This document shows positions 11,881 through 20,000 of a DNA stretch of 20,000 bases, piece by piece; the first letter of the stretch is position 1, and the number at the start of each line of letters is the position of its first letter. The notes under the pieces are model-generated. The model worked only from the letters and a program-made list of their open reading frames with translations. It was not told the origin of the DNA and searched no databases. A program made the translations under genes and the position numbers. This stretch comes from Priapulus caudatus (lineage: Eukaryota), in assembly GCF_000485595.1 (NCBI RefSeq), contig NW_014577080.1, positions 321,479-341,478 on the forward strand, written 5' to 3'.

Positions 11881-12270
11881 CCCCCCCCCCCATCACCCTC
11901 GGGCGTCCTGGGAGGGAGGCCAGTAAAAGGAACGCTCATCGTTGGTAATTATAGCACTACTGACTCACTGGTTATGATCGTCGAACGAAGCCATTCGCCA
12001 CGATTACAGCTGTGAGTGCAGCATTTCTACATCTCTGATCTTCTATATCGAGCAGTACACGCGCGAGCTGGGCCTATAGGTTTGGCCGTTAATTATTGAT
12101 TGCTGGTAGTGCAGTAACATGTTGAAGGGGGCAGTAAATGGGTCATAGCAGGGGCTGTTAAACCTCCGCCGATGTGATTGAACATCTTTAATGACCGGCA
12201 AACATAATCAAGCCGCGCCAGAGCTTAATTTTGAACAAATATGAGATTGATGAGTTTTGGTACGGCTATG

Positions 12271-12334
12271 TCTCTCCCTCTCTCGCGCGCGCGCTCTCTC
12301 TCTCTCTATCTATCTATATCTCTCCCTCTCTTTG

Positions 12335-12420
<86 letters not shown>

Positions 12421-12422
12421 TA
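12271..12422. repeat. Compound (CT)n-(TA)n microsatellite
   Basis: Interrupted (CT)n, then (TA)n from about 12379 to 12422. Confidence 0.95.
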
Positions 12423-12674
12423 CATGTATGGTCGCGTTCCTGTATACGTGTTGATCGTGCGTACAAACACGTTACTTATTAAACAATTTAATTACAATAG
12501 GAATACCTCTTCAATTTCACTTATTTGTTGCAATCGCTGTGCTAGTGCTCCAGTAAGGAGTGGTCGTGGCTGTCTTGTTTCTCACTCTCACGTAGCAGGA
12601 ACAATCGCCGTCAGTGTAATTAATCAATCTAAACTATTACGTCATGGCAGTTACGTATCCGACATTCGTCATAC

Positions 12675-12841
12675 TTTCAATAATGCTCCTCTGTCGTTCG
12701 TCCTTGCAGAAGACATCGTGCTGACAGTGGTGCACTTCGTGTAAACGCTGCGCTTCTATCAGGAAGCTTATAGCATCGCTACAAACTAGCTCCAGCAAAA
12801 CACCGGACAGGTCATCAGCCATAGTGCACACACTAGTGTGA
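12675..12841 (-). CDS. Candidate internal coding exon (HTSVCTMADDLSGVLLELVCSDAISFLIEAQRLHEVHHCQHDVFCKDERQRSIIE)
   Basis: Open frame in unique sequence, bounded by acceptor accctctgtag (AG at 12843-12842) and donor GAAA|gtatga (GT at 12674-12673). No family recognised. Confidence 0.2.
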
Positions 12842-14035
12842 CTACAGAGGGTGTAAATTCTTAATGTCCGTGATTCATTGATGTTTGTCAGTCCGCGATT
12901 GCGTGCCATATCTCTGCAGTGGGAAATAAGCGGGATTCGCTACAGGGAGCGCACAACATCCGTACGGTTTGTAGGCGCGTAGATTGCAGCAATAAACTTG
13001 CAGTAGATGTGTATATGCATTCTGCAGAACTGCACCCGTTTTATAAATGAGAGTGGATGAAATGCCGAGAGCCAAGCGCGAGCGATGTAGTGTCAGCATG
13101 TATACTCTCCAGACGCCGGCAGCCCGCGCCGTCATTTTAGAGTGTCGATTGCTGCGATGAACCAACACATCGCTCGTGGCAAGCAGGCAAGATCAGGCGA
13201 GGATGTTTGCACATGAAAATGAACACGATATGAGTTACGCGCATGAATGTAATCACCCGTGACCCACGTGAGAGATACTGCTGCGCGGCGACGCCATCTT
13301 TAGAATATTGGCTCGAAAGGGGGGAAAAGTGTCATTTATTGCATGAATGATAGGCCGATGTCATATTTGTTTTTCGTTACGTACATCTGTGAATACGTAC
13401 GCACTCTTAACCATCGGGTTGGGGAACGCCGATGGGTACATGAAAAACGAGTTGATGCAAAAAATTGCAAGGGGATTTTTTTAATAAAAGTTTACTGCTT
13501 TTAGGATTGCGCGAAATAGTTGCTCCGAAATTTTACGGGCCGAATGTTGCTGAAGAAAGTTGCGATGGTGGAATAAAAAAACGCAGAAAGTTAACGGAGC
13601 GCATGACAGCCAATTATATATACTGTAACAATAAGATACGAAGAAAGGAGGTGTATATTATACATAGTAAACAATGTAGGGTATAACGCCAATAACAAGA
13701 ATTCTAGTATAGTGAAGTGTGGTCACAAGGAAATCGATTTCTGATGATTGTTAATGATAAATCGGTTTAATAATTTTACCGAATTGTTTCTATTATAGAA
13801 ATAATTACCTCAACGCTGCTCTGGGCATTGTGTAAACTCGAAATAAAACCTTTCTCACAGCGTAACATTCATTATGAAATTCCGATCGGTTCTCAATTGG
13901 CCTGCAAAGTTTTGCTATTTCCAGGTAAACTAAATTGGACGACGAGACTCGAATGTCAGCGTGCATTCAGGCTTTCTAATGACCAAATTCAATTGTGAGC
14001 ATAAACGTTACTATCATGTATCTCTTTAGTTTGAT

Positions 14036-14128
14036 TGTGTACGTGTATGTGTATGTGTATGTGTGTGTATGTGTGTGTATGTGTGTGTATGTGTGTGTGT
14101 GCGCGCGTGTGCGTGCGTGCGTGCGTGC

Positions 14129-14159
<31 letters not shown>

Positions 14160-14176
14160 TGCGTGAGTGTGTGTGT
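14036..14176. repeat. Compound (TGTA)/(TG)/(TGCG) microsatellite
   Basis: Read directly from the sequence. Confidence 0.95.
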
Positions 14177-14759
14177 ATCACAGTGACAGCAATCGGTGGA
14201 CGATTTCTGTCATATTTCGAATATTTCTGGGTCATGTAGGTTTAGAAAATATATTTTTGCGTTTTGCGGCTGATTGCACGAGTATTTTGCTGCCCGTTAT
14301 ATTTGTAAATTGCAGTAAGTGAATTTCTTCGATTCTCCCGGTACAACCGAGGACCGCAATATAAAATGGGTAATTCTCTCATTTGTATATTGTCCCTGCT
14401 TTCTGTATCGGTGTACTTGACATTTCTTGGTATTTTGCTGGTGATTGCGTTAACCGTTTATTAACTATAGCAACCATTTAAAAATGATCCATATAAATCG
14501 CGTTAATGTACACAATGTTGGTAGATATAGTGACGATATAAGCGAGCGGAATGCCGATGTTTATCCACCTAACGACGACTCCTTATGGTGAAAAACCACG
14601 TTTCTCACCACACAGATCTTTTCGAAAATCCAAGAGACCTGCAAAATATGATATCAGGAGTTAATAAAGACAAACTTGTCTTCATTTGTCTTTATTAACT
14701 CCTGATGATATGTATGTCTGTGTGCGCGCTCGAGCGTATTGACGATTCAAGTATTCGAA

Positions 14760-14767
14760 TGTATGTG

Positions 14768-14852
<85 letters not shown>

Positions 14853-14887
14853 ATGTGTGCGTGCTTGTGTGTGCCCGGGTGCGCGCG
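14760..14887. repeat. Compound (TGCG)n-(TG)n microsatellite
   Basis: Read directly from the sequence. Confidence 0.95.
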
Positions 14888-15340
14888 AATGTATGTGCCA
14901 AAGTCAGTCCGTACATGAATTTCTGATTCGGACGAATCCCGGTACCTTGTGGTTTAGAAATCAATGTTTTTGTACGTAGTATAATAATAGTCGGCGTGGT
15001 TGACTGCCTGACACAGATGAGTAACTTTATTCATGACTCGCCTGCACTGTACTACAACAGTTGATAAATTAATTGCCCATCCACCAAATGTGACTCGCTA
15101 TATAAAAGCGTATTTCACCGGCGCGCGGTGCCGCACTTCAAAAGCGGGTGGCAATGCCAGAGTTTATCAAAGCCACAATTTATCTATTAATATTGACAGC
15201 CGCGGTCTGTGTTGTGCTGCGCCCGACACCAATTAGTGAGAGGCGACAACAGCAGGTGATAACTGTGGATGCGGGATATAATGCAGCGCGGTGAACAGCG
15301 GTGACGCCGGGGCTTCCTGCCTCCAATGTTAGCTGTACCC

Positions 15341-15631
15341 ACACATTCACACACACACACACACACACACACCGCGACGCAGGCATTCAGCAAATAATGT
15401 AAATAGACTTCGTACAGAAACACTCGCGCGCGCGTGCCCACCCAACCCACAATGACGCACGCGCACGCACGCGCACGCATGCACGCACGCACGCACGCAT
15501 GCACGCACGCATGCACCCGCGCCCACCCACCAACACTGACACACGCACGCACGCACGCGCGCACGCACGAGCACACCCACGCATACACACGAACACTCAC
15601 GCGCGCTCGCACGCGTACACACGCGCACACA
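15341..15631. repeat. (CA)n and degenerate (GCAC)n microsatellites
   Basis: (CA)n about 15348-15372; (GCAC)n-rich about 15426-15631. Confidence 0.92.
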
Positions 15632-16398
15632 TATTTACAGGATGATAGATGGGGATGGGTATGTATATAACAGCGCATGCATAACAATGCCAATATTAGC
15701 TTAATAGCCAAATAGCCAAACATCTTAATAGCGCAAGACGTTTTAACGTATTCGCTCTCGGTGCGTAATGTGATCTTGCTGAGAGAATGATTGGTTATGC
15801 TCACCATAATGTCGCTGAATTATAAGTCAATCTCGAGAAAACTAATGGGATGGCAACAGTCTCGGAAATGTTGATGATCGGCAAAGGATTATGAAACCAT
15901 TATCATTATTTTCACTACATTAGAGCAATTCTTTCTATCCTATACGAAATCAGGCAACGTATAGATGTGCATGTATAACGTGGTGCCATACACGAGACAG
16001 CACAGATGGAAAGTAACTGTTAGTTTCGTTCTAGTAAGCCTTCATCTGTGGTACACGCAGTTCATCCCATCGTCAAATTCACGTGTCGTAATTAGTTTCT
16101 CTTACTTATTCATTGCGTATATAACACGTCATATATAAATATAATGTGCCCACGTTTATAATTTCATTGTGTTTTTGTTCGATTTCTCTGCATTTCGGCA
16201 AGCTTCTTATAGTACAGAAGTGCATCGCCACCTTATCCCATATACGATAACTTAAGAAGTAAAAGAGAATATGAGATTGGAAATATATGAGAGATGAGAA
16301 TGCATATATGATTGCTTATGATGCACATGAGAGCTTACGGGATGTAGTTTATTGTGCGGGCGGGGCGTGGTGTGTCTTGGCGGGCACAGATACATGCT

Positions 16399-16690
16399 AC
16401 CAATACTACCATGTCGACCAAGGTGGGCATGATGCTTTCTTGATTCGGGAACAACAGATATCACTCCAAACTTTACGGTCGCTCATGACTGTGGCCAGCT
16501 CTTTAGTTGATGTCAGTTGTGTCATTGACAGCAAGCTTTTAACAAAAGTAAGATGGGTCTACCGCGTTTAAGGTGGCCTTCAGTAGGCTCCCATAGAATG
16601 ACTTTTCTGGTAGGTAGCTCAGGATGTCTGTAGCCGTGGCCAGCAAGTCGTAGTTGTCTTGCCTGAATCTTGACCGAGATGGGGGGAGGG
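16399..16690 (-). mobile_element. 5'-truncated non-LTR retrotransposon (RTE clade, RTE/RTE-X-like) 3' fragment with 11-bp TSD
   Basis: Minus-strand translation PPPISVKIQARQLRLAGHGYRHPELPTRKVILWEPTEGHLKRGRP, a 1-nt frameshift at about 16555, then HLTFVKSLLSMTQLTSTKELATVMSDRKVWSDICCSRIKKASCPPWSTW* (TAG 16408-16406). This matches the RTE C-terminal signature R.LRLAGH..RH....L.WEP..G...RGRP..T...L......EL...M.DR..W. Direct repeat AGATACATGCT at 16388-16398 and 16691-16701. Confidence 0.9.
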
Positions 16691-17143
16691 AGATACATGC
16701 TGGTGTGGTTTAAAGACGCAAATTATTAGCTCCCTATCAGATTCTATTGCATTAACATCGTTCGTTCTATCTAGTTAATTGATTAATTATTCGGCATGTA
16801 ATGTTGCATTAATAATACATTAGCGCTATCCATGGCAATCTGGGTTGCCAATGTCTTTTTTTGCGGTTTAATATTTGATCGCGTGTATGCAAATGCGGAC
16901 AGCGTTCTGCTAATATTCTCAATGGAAAGACTCGGATAACGATTCTAGCTGTCTTTTAAAACGTCGACAAGTAAATGTGAAATGTAGTGAGTTTAATTAA
17001 CTGACATGTGTCATATACGCTTTACGTCAGTAACCGTGTAATAAATAGAACATGTGTGATATTGAAAATAGGATTTATTATCTGTATGAAGTTATCGTCA
17101 AATGTATTTTTCGGTGTAGAAATTATGTGTTTTTTATTCGGAC

Positions 17144-17621
17144 TCCCCCCCCCTCTCTCTCTCTCTCTCTCTCGCTCTCTCGCTCTCTCTCACTCGTGCT
17201 CTCACTATCTCTCTCGCCATCTCTCTCGCGCGCTCTCTCTCTCCCTACCTCTCTTTCTCTTTTTTCCCCCCTCTCTCTTTTTCCCCCCCCCTCTCTCTCT
17301 CTCTCACTCTCTCGCTCTTTCACTTTCTTGCTCTCTCGCTCTCTCACAACTCTCTTTTCATCTCCCCACATCTTTCTCACTATCTACATATTTTATATAT
17401 CTGTCTATCTAGCTATCTATCTATCTATCTATATATAATACTATATATATATATTTACTTCTATCTATCTATGCTATCTATCTATCTATCTCTATCTATC
17501 ATATCGTATCTATCTATACTATCTACTGTCTGTCGTCTGTCTGTCTGGGTCATGTCTGTCTGGTCGCGCGCTGCTCTCTGCTCTCTCTCTCTCTCTTCAC
17601 TCTCGCTCGCTCGCTCGCTCG

Positions 17622-17655
<34 letters not shown>

Positions 17656-17715
17656 GTCTCTCTCTCTCTCTCTCTCTCTCTGCTGTCTCTTCCTGTATAT
17701 ACCAATATATATATT
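17144..17715. repeat. Compound low-complexity tract: (CT)n, (TATC)n, (TGTC)n, (CGCT)n
   Basis: Read directly from the sequence. Confidence 0.93.
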
Positions 17716-17889
17716 CACGTCGAGTGGCCGTTGCGCACACCCAATGCAGGATATTTTCTTCCTGACATTGTTTTCCTAGGCGTGTCCGAAGTTAGCCATT
17801 GACCGATTAACACAGGCGTAATTCCTCTTGAGACCTTATACGAATGCGTAGGGAGCTCACTTGATACATCCCTATCCAGTTTTATACGA

Positions 17890-18033
17890 CGCACGCACGC
17901 ACGCAGCGCACGCACGCAACGCACTGCACGCACACACACACACACACAACACAACACACACATACATACATCATCAATATATATATTATATATACTATAT
18001 ATTATATTATATATAACTATATATATATCTATA
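17890..18033. repeat. (GCAC)n-(CA)n-(TA)n compound microsatellite
   Basis: Read directly from the sequence. Confidence 0.92.
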
Positions 18034-18145
18034 GTGCATGGCCAACTGAGGTAACAGCCCACACACCATTAGCTTGTGATATTTATTCAAGCGATATACT
18101 AGTGTGCTGCGCGCACCAGCGGCGAAGGCCCCGATAGTAGTAACC

Positions 18146-18365
<220 letters not shown>

Positions 18366-19897
18366 ACATGATCAACCGTCACTGACCGAAAACGGGGAGC
18401 GGTTGATTGTTGTATTGCGGAGCGAAGCCAGCGAGCACTGTCGGAAGGATCCTCCGTCAATTAGGCCTTCCGGGTTTAATTAGCTCGCGAAGGCACGAGG
18501 GTTGTGTTGATGAAGTGAATGTGCTTCCATCTTTCGTACATTGCCGGAACTTGCGCCGAAATTTTCTCGTTAGAGTGCACACCTACCCGGATTTTCCCAC
18601 ACTAGCCCCCCTCGGGGGGAGGGGGGGGGGGCAGAATGCATGCTGCTCTTCCTATAGTGTTTAACTGCGCTTGCCTTCTGAATTCTCCTTACACATAAAT
18701 TTCTCCTACATTAATAATTAAACTTCATGCGTGTCGTTTATTTCCATGCATACAGCGTATACCGCCTTTGCGTGAGCCATTTCACTCTGTAATTTCACTC
18801 GTATTTTAAATTTCGCGGGCACTGTTCGTCGAACACGATGTGATGATTTTTCTAGGCTATAGCTAAAAGGCGAATTGGGTATGCCATGCACAACGATATT
18901 TCAAATCAAATGCACTCACTTCTCCGCTTGAAATCTCAGTCAGACCATTGCTCTGTTCATGCGTCGTGATCAGCATATCTGTATTACAGCGCGAAAGATT
19001 TTAGCATGGGTCTATACACGAGGATCCGCCACATAGAGATTTGTGCAGCTGATGGGGGAGTTACCACCAGTATGGTCTAGCTGGAGATGGCTTTTCGCAT
19101 TAGCATCGTGGGATTCGGGTTTCTGCTTGAAGCAAGTTGAACGAGACGCTTCGTATTATTTTGGCCAGTTGCTGGTGGAAAACTAATTTCGCGGTTGGCC
19201 ACAGTGGGATCCTTCGTATTACAAATAATACATGAATGGCTGATTATCTTGTAACATTTGCATGAATAATTGAGGCCGTGGGAAGCCCCACGTACAGTTT
19301 AGCCGCGTGTTAGTATCGTGTGCATTTCAGTTTCGCTCACACTATACGCCACACGCAACACGCATCGTCTCATTGCTGCCACCTTCGGGGGAATACAAAA
19401 TGTGTGCATAAGTAAACGTAAGTAAATAAACTCGCATATTAAGTGATTGAATGTGGAAATGCTGACAGGCTCATCAAGTCGAGTCCACTGGTTCGAAACG
19501 CGTTCATAATTGGATTTTTAGAGCGTTGTACGACGCACCTTTTAATTAATTTTTGCTTTTTCCATTACTGCTATGACTGTATCAATCGGCGGTAAGGAAG
19601 TAATAAGCGTTATTAGTAATATTTGCAGGTATGTCAACCGAGCTTTTGTCATTTTGCTCATGAAGATGGTTGCCACACGTAATGAAAAGTTTGTTTGCTC
19701 ATTTGTAACGAAATAACATCGCGTGATGAGCGATACATGTTTATTATGTAGCAATGCATGGGATTTGCATGCATTTGATCTGCTCTGTGTGTGCGCGTGC
19801 GTGTGTGTGTTCAAATAGGCAATATATAGGCAATTCAGTTATCATGAGATTTGCGGCACTTGTGTATGTGTGCATACGTATTCGCATTTATTTCCGA

Positions 19898-19900
<3 letters not shown>

Positions 19901-19935
<35 letters not shown>

Positions 19936-19936
19936 A

Positions 19937-20000
<64 letters not shown>
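19901..20000. repeat. (AT)n microsatellite running off the window end
   Basis: (AT)n with a single caag interruption. Confidence 0.97.

Noticed and set aside
12919..13050. VGNKRD resembling the small-GTPase G4 motif (NKxD)
   Set aside because: No G1/G3 motifs found in nearby frames and the frame closes after about 43 codons; likely chance.
16287..16571. 94-aa plus-strand ORF
   Set aside because: Largely antisense to the RTE fragment and crosses its insertion junction, so it is a shadow ORF.
18598..18631. CCCCCC-TC-GGGGGG hairpin next to CTAG as a Helitron 3' end
   Set aside because: Made of homopolymer runs, with no spacer to the CTAG and no identifiable 5' end.
19488..19500. GGTTCGAAAC as a tRNA/SINE B-box
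   Set aside because: No matching A-box or cloverleaf upstream.
19462..19507. Penelope-type minimal hammerhead ribozyme (ctgacag...cgaaacgcgtt)
   Set aside because: The core reads CUGACAG rather than CUGANGA, stem II does not close next to GAAA, and stem I is only about 3 bp.

Overview
Eukaryotic, most likely invertebrate-animal, draft-assembly DNA. It is moderately AT-rich, CpG is not visibly depleted, and it has three N gaps (1526-1917, 3227-3280, 6650-6659) and a very high density of microsatellites ((CT)n, (GT)n, (GCGT)n, (TA)n, (TATC)n). Nearly all ORFs in the supplied track are microsatellite translations or chance ORFs. I recognise no host gene, RNA gene or CRISPR array. Best-supported features: (1) a 292-bp 5'-truncated RTE-clade LINE copy on the minus strand (16399-16690), with a frameshifted ORF C-terminus and a perfect 11-bp target-site duplication; (2) a foldback-type DNA transposon (6613-6708) with perfect 37-bp CAG...CTG terminal inverted repeats, a 7-bp target-site duplication and an unassembled centre, suggestive of the P/Galileo superfamily; (3) a 30-bp/28-bp minisatellite (about 5757-6375) whose 30-bp units read as mucin-like TSAPT repeats. 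A few exon-like segments could form a spliced minus-strand gene, but this is speculative. I found no convincing evidence of a new multi-gene system.
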